From an uncultured archaeon (GTDB lineage Archaea; Nanobdellota; Nanobdellia; Woesearchaeales; UBA583), in contig CAKZOW010000029.1 of assembly GCA_937138345.1 (NCBI GenBank), positions 1 to 59,172 on the forward strand: a DNA stretch of 59,172 nt. Reading direction: 5' to 3'. The notes beneath the pieces were generated by a model, which worked only from the letters and a program-made list of their open reading frames with translations, made no database searches and was not told the DNA's origin. Made by a program: the position numbers and the translations under genes. How positions within the stretch are numbered: the stretch's first letter is position 1; each line of letters begins with the position of its first letter. Below are positions 8,085 through 17,537 of this stretch, in pieces.

Positions 8085-8443
8085 TTATCTAATGGACAAT
8101 AATCTTTTTCTATTATTTTTTTTGTTAATATTTCGTTTGCTACAATGAAAAAGTTACCATAACCTATCATATATTTATCTGTTGTAAGTTCTGTTAACTC
8201 TCTTTCTGTTTCTGTGGGGATATACCTTCTATTTTTATCGAAGTTAACTGGTTTGTATATTCTTTTTATACGATCTTCAGAAAAAAGTAAACCCATTTTG
8301 GATTCAAATGAAACATATTGTAAATTAAGTTCTAGACCTCCTTCAGGATATTGTGATATAAGTAAACTTTTTGGAATAGTGAGTCTATTTCTATTGTTAG
8401 GCTCAATACTTACTTTTTCAATTCCACGGATTTCTAGTGTCAT
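8081..8443 (-). CDS. hypothetical protein (possible AbrB/SpoVT-like N-terminus)
   Basis: 120-aa ORF. RLTIPKSLL resembles the AbrB/SpoVT swapped-hairpin motif. Preferred over the antisense ORF 8214-8480. Confidence 0.35.
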   Translation of the reverse strand: MTLEIRGIEKVSIEPNNRNRLTIPKSLLISQYPEGGLELNLQYVSFESKMGLLFSEDRIKRIYKPVNFDKNRRYIPTETERELTELTTDKYMIGYGNFFIVANEILTKKIIEKDYCPLDN

Positions 8444-8494
8444 ACATAGTAGTAACAGAAAAGAATTTATAAATTTGTAGTAATTCTAGTTATT

Positions 8495-8938
8495 ATGCAA
8501 CCAATTAAAATTATCACAGTTGGAAAATTAAAAAATACATCTCTAAAAGCAGAAGTCTCAGAGTTAATGAAACGACTTCGAAGAGTTGATCTTATTGAAC
8601 TCAAGGAAATTAAAGATTCTAATTCTCAAAAAATTAAAGAAAAGGAGTTTGAAATTTTAACATCATACATTGATTCTTCTTCGTATTCATTTTTATTATG
8701 GGAACATGGAAAAACATATTCTACAAAAAATTTTTATGATACTATTTCAAAAAAAGAAAAACCAATTATCTTTATTATAACAGGTGCATTTGGTCCTTCA
8801 GAAAAATTAATCCAACATGTTGATGCAACACTTTCCCTCTCAGAGATGACTTTTACTCACGAACAGGCTCTTTATATGTTGGTGGAGCAAATATATAGAG
8901 TTGATCAATTAGAAAAAGGAACTTCTTATACAAAGTAA
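8495..8938 (+). CDS. rlmH: 23S rRNA (pseudouridine-N3)-methyltransferase RlmH (SPOUT)
   Basis: The length and the C-terminal LSLSEMTFTHEQALYMLVEQIYRV match the RlmH signature (..sl..mTfpHql.R..l.EQlYRa). Confidence 0.8.
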   Translation: MQPIKIITVGKLKNTSLKAEVSELMKRLRRVDLIELKEIKDSNSQKIKEKEFEILTSYIDSSSYSFLLWEHGKTYSTKNFYDTISKKEKPIIFIITGAFGPSEKLIQHVDATLSLSEMTFTHEQALYMLVEQIYRVDQLEKGTSYTK

Positions 8939-8988
8939 TTGATGAGTTACTCTTATACTTTTTAAATTAATAGTTCTTCTTTTTTACT

Positions 8989-10305
8989 ATGCAAAAAAAA
9001 GCGATTACTCCCATAGTTACTTTATCTTTATTGTTACTTTTAACAATCATATCAACTATTACTTATCAAATTTGGTATGATGGTTTTCAAAATAAATTAT
9101 TTACTACAGTTACGACTTCTTATCAAGAAGATATTACTTTAGATCTTTATAATGAAAATCTCTATATTTTATCTTCGACTTTAGAAAACGAAGTGTTAAT
9201 TTCATCAATTAGAATTAATGGTATTGATTGTTATTTAGGAGATTCAGAGTATATTGAACAAAAAAAAATTGATCTTAGCCACTGTATTGGTCTTGTTCCT
9301 GAAGAAGAATCTTTATTAAAGATAACAATTATATCAGATAAAACTGTTACTGTTAGACAATTCTCAAGGACTGCAACAACTTCTCAGGAAATTTTAGAAC
9401 CATCTCTTGATTGTGATTCTCTAGAAGGAGGTGAGTGGATTTTTGTTGAAGGAAATGACCTGTTAGGAACAGAAGATTTTTGTGTTATGAAATATGAACC
9501 TTCAGCTACTCCAGCATCTGAGCCATTTTTAAGTGATGTTGCTAGTATGTCTTGTGGTTCTTGCCCTACAAATGGAAGCGTTGTTTTAAATAGTACTCCT
9601 TTTAGATTACCTTTAAAGTCTACATCAATGAGTAAGGCTAGAACATTGTGTGAAAACTTTGGTCCAGGATATACTCTTATGACAAATGAGCAATATGTAA
9701 CTATGGCAAGAGATATTGAATCAAATTATCTTAACTGGTACGGAGGTGTTGTAGGGGAAAATTTTATGTTTTCAGGAAACAATGATGGTTCAGCAAGAAA
9801 CCCTGCATCTGATGATGATTTAGATGGATATTATGGTACAAATGATTCATTGAGTTCTTGTGATACAAGATATAATAATTTTGATATTAGCGAGAATACT
9901 ATTTCAGGTAGAGCATGTGCAGGTCAGAGAAGAACATTTTTCTTAACTAATGGAGAAGTTATTTGGGATTTAGCGGGAAGTCTTCAAGAGTGGACAAATT
10001 CTTTATTAATTCATAATACTCAATCAGCATTAGGATTTTCTTCATCAGCATGGAGAGAACAAAATACCATTGTAGGATATGATTTTATGAGATCATTAAA
10101 TGATTATAATTCTTCATTTGGTTTTGGGAGAATTTTAACTTATGGAAATAGTGCAAATCCGCCCTCTCAAGCAGATAGAGCAATTAGGCGTGGTGGCCAA
10201 TCAAGCGATGGAGTTTTTGCAGGTATTTATTCGGGAACATTAAATAGAATTGAGGGACAAACCCAATCAACTGTTGCAAGTAGATGTACTTATACAGCTC
10301 AGTGA
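8989..10305 (+). CDS. type-IV-pilin-like (class III signal peptide) protein with a C-terminal FGE-sulfatase/C-type-lectin-fold domain
   Basis: The N-terminus is MQKKA|ITPIVTLSLLLLL. The C-terminus has IWDLAGSLQEWT ... RRGGQSS.GVFAG....L......Q..V.SRC, which resembles FGE/CLec-type (DGR-target-like) domains. Confidence 0.6.
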   Translation: MQKKAITPIVTLSLLLLLTIISTITYQIWYDGFQNKLFTTVTTSYQEDITLDLYNENLYILSSTLENEVLISSIRINGIDCYLGDSEYIEQKKIDLSHCIGLVPEEESLLKITIISDKTVTVRQFSRTATTSQEILEPSLDCDSLEGGEWIFVEGNDLLGTEDFCVMKYEPSATPASEPFLSDVASMSCGSCPTNGSVVLNSTPFRLPLKSTSMSKARTLCENFGPGYTLMTNEQYVTMARDIESNYLNWYGGVVGENFMFSGNNDGSARNPASDDDLDGYYGTNDSLSSCDTRYNNFDISENTISGRACAGQRRTFFLTNGEVIWDLAGSLQEWTNSLLIHNTQSALGFSSSAWREQNTIVGYDFMRSLNDYNSSFGFGRILTYGNSANPPSQADRAIRRGGQSSDGVFAGIYSGTLNRIEGQTQSTVASRCTYTAQ

Positions 10306-10328
10306 TATTGTTCATTAGTGAACAATAT
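10305..10328 (+). terminator. perfect 10-bp stem / 4-nt loop hairpin starting at the stop codon of 8989-10305
   Basis: ATATTGTTCA-TTAG-TGAACAATAT. Confidence 0.5.
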
Positions 10329-10356
10329 TTATAAATTTTGAATTCTTATTAGTATT

Positions 10357-10833
10357 ATGTCAAATTTTTATTCATTTAAGGCAAAAACTCTCCAAGGAAA
10401 AGAAGTTTCTATGGAAGAATATAAAGATAAAGTAGTTCTGGTTGTAAATACTGCATCTAAATGTGGTTTAACTCCACAATATGAAGGATTGGAAAAATTA
10501 CATAAGGAATATAAAGATAAAGGATTAGTTATTTTGGGATTCCCTTGTAATCAATTTGGAAACCAAGAACCAGGTTCTGAAAAAGATATTAAAGAAGGTT
10601 GTCTTCTAAATTATGGAGTAACATTTCAGATGTTTTCAAAAATTGATGTTAATGGTGAAGACGAACATCCTTTGTATACTTATTTAAAATCTCAAAAGAA
10701 AGGAATGTTTGGTTCTAAGATTAAGTGGAATTTTACTAAGTTTTTAGTTGATAAAAATGGAGATGTTGTAAAAAGATTTTCTCCAACAACAACCCCTGAT
10801 AAGCTAGAAAAAGATATTCAAAAACTTCTTTGA
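10357..10833 (+). CDS. gpx: glutathione peroxidase (Cys-type)
   Basis: Has the canonical Gpx motifs [26 protein letters not shown] and [12 protein letters not shown]. Confidence 0.9.
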   Translation: MSNFYSFKAKTLQGKEVSMEEYKDKVVLVVNTASKCGLTPQYEGLEKLHKEYKDKGLVILGFPCNQFGNQEPGSEKDIKEGCLLNYGVTFQMFSKIDVNGEDEHPLYTYLKSQKKGMFGSKIKWNFTKFLVDKNGDVVKRFSPTTTPDKLEKDIQKLL

Positions 10834-10882
10834 AGTTTTTGGGACCTTCTTCCAAAGGTATTCAAAAACTTATTTCAAGTTT

Positions 10883-11419
10883 TTATTTAGTGATTAAATA
10901 CACGCTATCATTTACAAGTACATGAAGTTTTCCTTTTTTCTTATCAATAAAATTTGAGGGAGTATAAATCATAAGAGAATTAGATTTTTTATGAAACATT
11001 TGAAGAGCTTCTATAATAAATGGAGTAATCTTTTGAACTTCGTCTTGTTTATTATTTAAGTTTTCTTTTTCAGGATTACTATAGTTTAAATGAAATATGA
11101 TTTTTGAATCACATAGACCTTTAAGGTAATTCATTGTTTCTTCTTCCATTTTTTCTTCTTGTTGTTCATTACAAAAATGTATTAGAGAATCATATGTACT
11201 TGGTTTTGATACTAAAGAGAGAATGATATATTCATCTCTTCTAAATATATGAGTATATGATCCATTTGAATTTTTTTTAGTTTCTAATATAGTATTACCA
11301 ATTTTAACTTTTAATGGATTTGAATTATCAATTTTTATCTCATTATCATCTTTTGTATTGTTTTCTTTCTTATTATTTTTCTTAAATAATGAAAAAAATC
11401 CGTTCTTATTTAATTTCAT
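10883..11419 (-). CDS. hypothetical protein
   Basis: 178-aa ORF in an AT-rich background. No recognisable motif. Confidence 0.45.
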   Translation of the reverse strand: MKLNKNGFFSLFKKNNKKENNTKDDNEIKIDNSNPLKVKIGNTILETKKNSNGSYTHIFRRDEYIILSLVSKPSTYDSLIHFCNEQQEEKMEEETMNYLKGLCDSKIIFHLNYSNPEKENLNNKQDEVQKITPFIIEALQMFHKKSNSLMIYTPSNFIDKKKGKLHVLVNDSVYLITK

Positions 11420-11503
11420 ATCTTATTAAAGAATTTTTTACTTATATATTTTCTGTTATTTTTATTAGAATACATTTATATATTTTGGACTTCTTACACT
11501 TAT

Positions 11504-11848
11504 ATGGTAGTAGAAGAATCATTAATTAATCTTTTAGTATTTTCAATGCTTATTATTTTCTCAACACTTCCGCTTTATGTGTCTGTTAAAATTCTAGGTG
11601 GGAAGGCTAGTTTATTAAAAACATTTTTAGTTATGTTAATTATTGCAATTGTTAGCGCAGTGCTTAAGTCATTCTTACCTAGTTTGGGTACTTTAATTGC
11701 ATGGATTGTTCTTATTTGGATTTTTCATGAGATTTTTAGACTTAAATATTACAAGGCAATTATAGTTTGGATTTTATGGATATTTTTTGTTTTTATCTTA
11801 ACTTTTATATTGTCTTTATTTGGTTTAGAATCATTTTATTTATTTTAA
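11504..11848 (+). CDS. hypothetical membrane protein
   Basis: Three to four hydrophobic helices. No motif recognised. Confidence 0.45.
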   Translation: MVVEESLINLLVFSMLIIFSTLPLYVSVKILGGKASLLKTFLVMLIIAIVSAVLKSFLPSLGTLIAWIVLIWIFHEIFRLKYYKAIIVWILWIFFVFILTFILSLFGLESFYLF

Positions 11849-11950
11849 TTTTTTTACTTAATTCCATCTTGTTCCGCTTTTTTCCGCTTTCTTTTGGCCA
11901 GTTTTGGATTATTTTTATATATTGTTCCAATCATAATTACATACTGAAAA

Positions 11951-12790
11951 ATGAATAAATTATTTACCTTATTATTAATTTCATTCACATCAATAATTTT
12001 GATTGGATGTTCTACAACTATTGAGACAACATTAGATAATACTTCTAATGGTGAAGAAGAAGGATCATCAGGTGAGCTTTATATTACTGTAACTGATGCA
12101 GCTGCTAATATGGAAACAGTGGCAAGAGTTGATGCTACAATTGCTAATGCTCAGTTATACAGTGAAACCCAAGGATGGGTAGATGTTCAAAGTGAGGAAA
12201 AAACATATAACTTATTAGAATATAGAAATAGTGCTAAACAAGCATTTATTGGAAATGCAAATATTAGTGCTCAAGAGTATTCTAAGGTTAGATTTGATTT
12301 AGAAAGTATTGTTATTACACATACTAATGGAACAACACAAGAATCAGAAATTATTAGAAAAGATTTTGAATTTGATCAAAAAACATCAATTAAATCAAAT
12401 ACAACAAATACTTTATTATTAGATATTATTGTTGATGAATCACTTCATAAAACTGAAGAAGGAGAATATGTTTTTGCAACAGTTGTGAAATCTGAAGCAA
12501 AATCAAATGTTAATGTTGATGCTTCAAATGAAGCTGATGTTAAGACAAATGGAGGTTCAGTGATTTCAGCTACAAAAGTAGGTACTGATATTGATGGAAA
12601 TATTGGAGTAGGACTTAATGTTCCATTAGACGCTAAGATTTCATTATCACTTTTAGGAGGAGTTTCATTGCTTGATTCAACAACATCTACTGGAATTGAT
12701 ATTGGTATTGATACATCTTCAACTTCAAATACTAATAATTCATCGTCGACGATTAATTCACAAATTAAAGGAGGTCTAGGATTAAATTAA
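11951..12790 (+). CDS. lipoprotein with DUF4382-like domain
   Basis: Has the lipobox-like ILIGCS. LYITVTDAA...GWVDV...YNLLEY...YSKVRFDL resembles DUF4382. Confidence 0.55.
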   Translation: MNKLFTLLLISFTSIILIGCSTTIETTLDNTSNGEEEGSSGELYITVTDAAANMETVARVDATIANAQLYSETQGWVDVQSEEKTYNLLEYRNSAKQAFIGNANISAQEYSKVRFDLESIVITHTNGTTQESEIIRKDFEFDQKTSIKSNTTNTLLLDIIVDESLHKTEEGEYVFATVVKSEAKSNVNVDASNEADVKTNGGSVISATKVGTDIDGNIGVGLNVPLDAKISLSLLGGVSLLDSTTSTGIDIGIDTSSTSNTNNSSSTINSQIKGGLGLN

Positions 12791-12791
12791 A

Positions 12792-13004
12792 ATGAATATT
12801 GGTATTTTAATTGTAGGGGTTGTAATGCTTTGTTTAGGACTTTATGCTGGTGCATATACTGTTGAAGTTGATAATGGTATTTTTGGAGAAGATTTAGAAA
12901 ATCCCTATCAAATGTATAGTATTCCTCTTTTTATTGGAGGGATTGTATTAATTGTAGTAGGAGGATTTATAGGTTCAACCAGACACGGAGGTAAATCAAC
13001 ATGA
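12792..13004 (+). CDS. small membrane protein
   Basis: Two hydrophobic helices. Tightly packed between neighbours, with an ATGA overlap to the next gene. Confidence 0.45.
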   Translation: MNIGILIVGVVMLCLGLYAGAYTVEVDNGIFGEDLENPYQMYSIPLFIGGIVLIVVGGFIGSTRHGGKST

Positions 13005-13516
13005 GTACTCGAAGAAATGTAGGAGGAAAATACATGGAAGTTAGAGAAAAAAATACTTCTAAAGGAAATAAAGGAACTATTATGAAGAAATGGTCTAGTA
13101 AATCAAAACAAGATAATAACTCAAGAAAAGAAGTTCCACTAGGTATTACATTACTTAGTCTCTTTATGTATTTTGTTGCATTAGTATACTTTTTAGGAGG
13201 AATATTACTGGTATTTAATACGGCAGTTTTTGAGAGTTTATTTGAAGGTTTAGAGTTAGTGACATATTCAATGGGAGTTCTTTCTTTAGCCGTAATTATT
13301 ATATCATTACTTATAGGTTGGATTGGATATTCGCTTTACAAAGGAAAGAGTTGGTCTAGAATTACAGTAAGTGTGCTAGTGAGTATTTCATTTATTACAA
13401 ATATTATTGCCTTGTTTTTAGGGTTTTTTGGAGTAATATTTCCACTTTTACTACAAGGTTTAGTAATTTGGTATCTTCTTTTTAGTGAAGAGGTGACCTC
13501 ATTTTTTAATAAGTGA
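13001..13516 (+). CDS. hypothetical membrane protein
   Basis: Four predicted helices after a basic N-terminus. Operon-like packing. Confidence 0.45.
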   Translation: MSTRRNVGGKYMEVREKNTSKGNKGTIMKKWSSKSKQDNNSRKEVPLGITLLSLFMYFVALVYFLGGILLVFNTAVFESLFEGLELVTYSMGVLSLAVIIISLLIGWIGYSLYKGKSWSRITVSVLVSISFITNIIALFLGFFGVIFPLLLQGLVIWYLLFSEEVTSFFNK

Positions 13517-13547
13517 GGTTTATAAACATTAATGTATAGTATCTTAT

Positions 13548-14339
13548 ATGAGACTATTATATTTCTCTTTCTTATTATTTTTTGTTTGTATTTTTCAAGT
13601 GTCTGCACAACCTTATTATGCACAATTAGAAATTTATGTAAATAATGATGGTTTGACAACAATTATCGGAGACACAAATATTGAACATTTAATGAATATT
13701 TCTGATTCTGCTGATTTTACAAAAAAAGAGGGAAGTGATTGGACATTTTTTTTATCATCAAATGATGTTAAGCTTGATTTTTATTCTATTAAGATTTTTT
13801 TTCCAGACAATTTCAAATTACTTGATATTTCAACAGATGCACAAGAGTATTTTATTAGTTCAGATATTGCATATTTATCTACTCTGCACATTGGAGAAAA
13901 TGAAGTAGTTGACATTGAAATAGATTATGAAATTAATAGAGAAGAATTTTCTTTAACTCCTTTTATGGTTATTTTAAATTCTTTTTTTGGTATTATACTT
14001 TTGGTTATATTATTTGGATTTTTATATAAAAAATATTCTAGAAAAAAAATAATTATTGTTGATAAAAAAGAACATAATGAGTTACAAGAGGAAGAAGAAG
14101 TATTAGTTAATAGTTTTGATATCTCTATTTTTCCTAAAAGACAGAGAAAAATTTTGGAGATATTACTTATTGAAAAAAGAATTACTCAAAAAGATTTAGA
14201 GAAAAAATTAAAGATTCCAAAGTCATCATTATCTAGAAATTTAAGAAGGTTAGAAATTAAAAAATTAATTAGAAAAGAATCTCTAGGGATTACAAATTAC
14301 ATTGAGCTTATTGAAGAAAATAACTCCAATAAAGATTAA
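13548..14339 (+). CDS. membrane-tethered winged-HTH regulator (signal peptide, extracytoplasmic domain, TM, cytoplasmic wHTH)
   Basis: Has an N-terminal signal peptide, a TM helix (FGIILLVILFGFLY) and a C-terminal RQRKILEILLIEKRITQKDLEKKLKIPKSSLSRNLRRLEIKKLIRKE (ArsR/MarR-like). Confidence 0.55.
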   Translation: MRLLYFSFLLFFVCIFQVSAQPYYAQLEIYVNNDGLTTIIGDTNIEHLMNISDSADFTKKEGSDWTFFLSSNDVKLDFYSIKIFFPDNFKLLDISTDAQEYFISSDIAYLSTLHIGENEVVDIEIDYEINREEFSLTPFMVILNSFFGIILLVILFGFLYKKYSRKKIIIVDKKEHNELQEEEEVLVNSFDISIFPKRQRKILEILLIEKRITQKDLEKKLKIPKSSLSRNLRRLEIKKLIRKESLGITNYIELIEENNSNKD

Positions 14340-14381
14340 AGTAATCGTTTAGTATATAAATGAGGAGATTGTGATTATATT

Positions 14382-15155
14382 ATGAAAATAGTTTTAGCTC
14401 TATTAGTTACACTCTTCATTGTTGGATGTAGTGTTCAAGAAGAAGTTGCTCAAAGTGATTCATTTGGTGACTCAATTGTTTTGGAGAGGTCAGGAATGTA
14501 CACTATGCCTGAATTTGGAATTCAAATTTATACATTAACAGATTCTAATTTAAATGTTAAAGTATATCATTATGATGGTAGTTTAACAAAAGAAGTAAAT
14601 TATTCACTCCATCCAGGAATTACTTACAAGTATTTTGAAGAATTTGAGAGAATTAATTTTACAGAGTTAGATGATAATTACAGATCAACAGTTCCAATTG
14701 CTGATGTTGGTCAAGGTGTTGTGACTTATAATAATCACTCAGTTCTTATTACTCCTTATATTAGTAGAGGAAATCCATCTGAGATTGCAGATATTATTGA
14801 GAGTTTAAATTCATTATTTCAGGAAGTAAATATGTCTAATTTATATCAAAGAGATAATTCTTTAGACGAAGATATAGAATTAGTAGTTGATGAAGTAATT
14901 ACTTATACTTATACGGGAGTACAATGTGTTGAAGAACCATGGAATATTGATTCACCTACTAGAGAAGCTGAGTGGATGAAACTTCAAAAGTACTATCAAG
15001 AACAAGGAGTTGAAATTGAGATGGTTGAGAGAATAGATTCTGAGATGATGCAATGTCAGGCATGTGAAGTATGTTCAAAAGGATACTCATTTGAAGTTCA
15101 AGTAGTTGGAGTTCAAAAAATATTAGAACAAGATGGTTGGATTGTTAAAGAGTAA
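14382..15155 (+). CDS. lipoprotein, unknown function
   Basis: Has the lipobox-like FIVGCS and a Cys pair/quartet near the C-terminus. Confidence 0.45.
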   Translation: MKIVLALLVTLFIVGCSVQEEVAQSDSFGDSIVLERSGMYTMPEFGIQIYTLTDSNLNVKVYHYDGSLTKEVNYSLHPGITYKYFEEFERINFTELDDNYRSTVPIADVGQGVVTYNNHSVLITPYISRGNPSEIADIIESLNSLFQEVNMSNLYQRDNSLDEDIELVVDEVITYTYTGVQCVEEPWNIDSPTREAEWMKLQKYYQEQGVEIEMVERIDSEMMQCQACEVCSKGYSFEVQVVGVQKILEQDGWIVKE

Positions 15156-15224
15156 TTATATCATTGAGATATTTATTATTTAGTTACGGAGAATCTTTAA
15201 ATAGCGTACTAGGCATTTTTTATT

Positions 15225-16472
15225 ATGTTCAAGAATTTTACCTTATTCTTAGTAATATTTTTTTTAAGCAGTATAAATATTTTTTCTTTTGATGCTGGTG
15301 ATGGAACCATAAATAATCCTTACAATATTTCTACTTGTATTCAATTACAAAATATTTCATTAAATTTGAATGCATATTTTCAATTAACTCAGAACATAGA
15401 CTGCAATGTTTCTTCTTTAAATATAAGTCCTGGCTTTGACCCTATTGGTGACTCATCAACTCCATTTACAGGTAATTTTAATGGTAATAGTTTTGAAGTT
15501 TCAAATTTATATATCAACAGAGGAGGAACGAACTATGTTGGTTTATTTGCAAGTACAGATTCAGGTGCGTTAATTACGAATTTCTCAGTTGTAGATGCAC
15601 AAGTCATAGGAAATGATAGAGTTGGAGTATTAGTTGGAGAGAACCGAGCGAGTATTTCTTATGCTCAAGTGTCAGGTACAGTTAATGGAAGACAGAGAGT
15701 TGGAGGTCTTGTAGGTCATAATGGGGATAGTATTGTTTATTCATCATCAAGTGCTGAAGTTACAGCATCTGGTGCATATAGTGGGGGTTTGATAGGTTAC
15801 CACTCTTATGCTTCAGTTTCAAACTCTTATGCTACTGGAGATGTTATAGGTCGATCAACTACAGGAGGACTAATAGGTGATGGTGATGGTGGAAGTGCAA
15901 CTAATGTCTTTGCAACAGGTAATGTACAAGGAACATCTAGGACAGGAGGATTATTTGGATGGAGTGATACAACTACAACAAATGGATTTGCATCAGGAAA
16001 TGTTTCAAGTAATTCAAATCAAGTAGGTGGATTGATAGGTTTTATGCAGGGAAGAACACATACAAATTTATTTTATGTTGGTGGAAATGTATCTGGATCC
16101 TCGGAGGTTGGTTTCATAGTAGGGAGAAGAAGTGGTGGTTCTTTTACAAATTCTTATGTAAATAACATCTCTACGAATACATTGGCCTTATTCGGTTCGG
16201 GTGCTACTGGTGGCGTTATAACAATTGATGAAAATATTTCTCATTTTCTGAATTCTTCTAATGAACCTTTGCGCTCATGGAACACTAATATTTGGAATTT
16301 TACTGGAGATTCTCTTCCTTATATTTCATACTTTAATAATCCAAATCCTATTTTGATATCTAATGATATTGATATTAGTAGTGCTGCAATTACAAATTCG
16401 AGTACTCAGTTTCCATATGGTTCACTCTATGTTATTATTGCTATATTGTTAAGTTTCTTCTTTTATTTATAA
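15225..16472 (+). CDS. secreted GLUG-motif repeat protein with C-terminal FP + hydrophobic anchor
   Basis: Has a signal peptide and the head G.GT..NPYNIS.C.QLQN....L...Y.L..NIDC. Repeated (V)GGL(I/V)G units are present. The tail is TQFPYGSLYVIIAILLSFFFYL*. Confidence 0.7.
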   Translation: MFKNFTLFLVIFFLSSINIFSFDAGDGTINNPYNISTCIQLQNISLNLNAYFQLTQNIDCNVSSLNISPGFDPIGDSSTPFTGNFNGNSFEVSNLYINRGGTNYVGLFASTDSGALITNFSVVDAQVIGNDRVGVLVGENRASISYAQVSGTVNGRQRVGGLVGHNGDSIVYSSSSAEVTASGAYSGGLIGYHSYASVSNSYATGDVIGRSTTGGLIGDGDGGSATNVFATGNVQGTSRTGGLFGWSDTTTTNGFASGNVSSNSNQVGGLIGFMQGRTHTNLFYVGGNVSGSSEVGFIVGRRSGGSFTNSYVNNISTNTLALFGSGATGGVITIDENISHFLNSSNEPLRSWNTNIWNFTGDSLPYISYFNNPNPILISNDIDISSAAITNSSTQFPYGSLYVIIAILLSFFFYL

Positions 16473-17536
16473 TATATTGTTCTATAAATCCATTGAGGTT
16501 TACCATAATTTTCTTCATAATTCGAATTGGACTCGTCCTGGAGTTCTTGATTAATATATTCCCATGTAATTTCTTCGTTTTCTATGAGTAATATTCTTCC
16601 TTGTTCTGATTGAGTAATCAAATAAGTATTATTTTTTATTTTTTGTACATATCCTTGAGATTTTGTAAAAAAGTTATTGTTGTATTCATATTCAATTTCT
16701 TTTGTGATAGGATTTAATTCAATTATTCTAGATTCTTCTCTATATCTTCCATTATCAAAGATTAATAAATTTCCCAATTCTAACATTTGTACTGCGTGTT
16801 GCCCTTGAATTTGTGATTTAATTGAATGTTGATTTAATGAGTATACAATGTGTTTAGTATCTTTATCTAGAATAAATATCAATGACCCATGTCTACACGA
16901 GAGCAACCAATTTCCTTCTTGAAATCTTTTATCTTTAAGACTATTTTTTGGAATAATTTGCATAGAATTTAACCTATAGTAATCATAAAATCCAGACCAA
17001 GGTGAAGCTTCGTTTCTTCTTGCTTTTTCTTTTAGGAAAGGTAATGGAGGGATGTCTAGTTCTAATTTTTTGTGGTGTTGTTGGAATTCACTTATGTTAT
17101 CATACATTGAAAATTTGCTTAAAAGTTTTCCTTTAAAATTATATTCTAAGATTGTATCAAAGTCTACTTCTCTTTTTTTGTAAGTCTTAGTTTCTTTTGA
17201 AAATGTAATTATAGTTTCTTGGGAGGTCACTAAAATTTCATGGTGAATTGGTTCTTGTTTAATCCAAATTGCCTTATCAGTTTTTTTATCAAATAAGCCC
17301 CACTTTGATCCTTCATATTTGTCTTGTGCAATGTAGTAGTTTTTATAATAGATTCCTAAATTTTTAAATTGATGTTGTTTTAGTATTTCTCCTTTTAGAT
17401 TCATAAAAGTTCCATTGAATAATATATTTCCTTTGAGTTTGGTTTTGTTTGTTATAAGGCCAGTTTTAATTTGTTTTTTTTGATATCCTTCATTTGCAAT
17501 TTTGCTTACTTTTTTTATAAACGATTTAAGTGACAT
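16463..17536 (-). CDS. aryl-sulfotransferase (ASST)-like beta-propeller protein
   Basis: HHEI..., YDYY.LNS, GS(L/M)IFILDK.TK.I and GQH...M...GN..(I/V)FDNGRYRE.SRIIE(L/I)N resemble the Arylsulfotran_2 family. Paralogue of 18959-20293. Confidence 0.6.
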   Translation of the reverse strand: MSLKSFIKKVSKIANEGYQKKQIKTGLITNKTKLKGNILFNGTFMNLKGEILKQHQFKNLGIYYKNYYIAQDKYEGSKWGLFDKKTDKAIWIKQEPIHHEILVTSQETIITFSKETKTYKKREVDFDTILEYNFKGKLLSKFSMYDNISEFQQHHKKLELDIPPLPFLKEKARRNEASPWSGFYDYYRLNSMQIIPKNSLKDKRFQEGNWLLSCRHGSLIFILDKDTKHIVYSLNQHSIKSQIQGQHAVQMLELGNLLIFDNGRYREESRIIELNPITKEIEYEYNNNFFTKSQGYVQKIKNNTYLITQSEQGRILLIENEEITWEYINQELQDESNSNYEENYGKPQWIYRTIYYK

Positions 17537-17537
17537 T

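Noticed and set aside
8214-8480. 88-aa plus-strand ORF overlapping 8081-8443
   Set aside because: The minus-strand ORF is longer and has a more protein-like sequence. It also forms a sensible divergent pair with rlmH. The plus-strand ORF would run into the rlmH promoter region.
8989-10356. A complete diversity-generating retroelement
   Set aside because: Only the target-like tail and a hairpin are present. No template repeat or reverse transcriptase ORF is visible anywhere in the 59 kb, so only a candidate orphan or trans target is reported.
11767-11958. 63-aa ORF bridging 11504-11848 and 11951-12790
   Set aside because: It overlaps the end of the preceding membrane-protein gene out of frame and spans the promoter-like intergenic region (TATA-like box, TTCCGCTTT(T/C) x2 repeat). 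It is unlikely to be coding.
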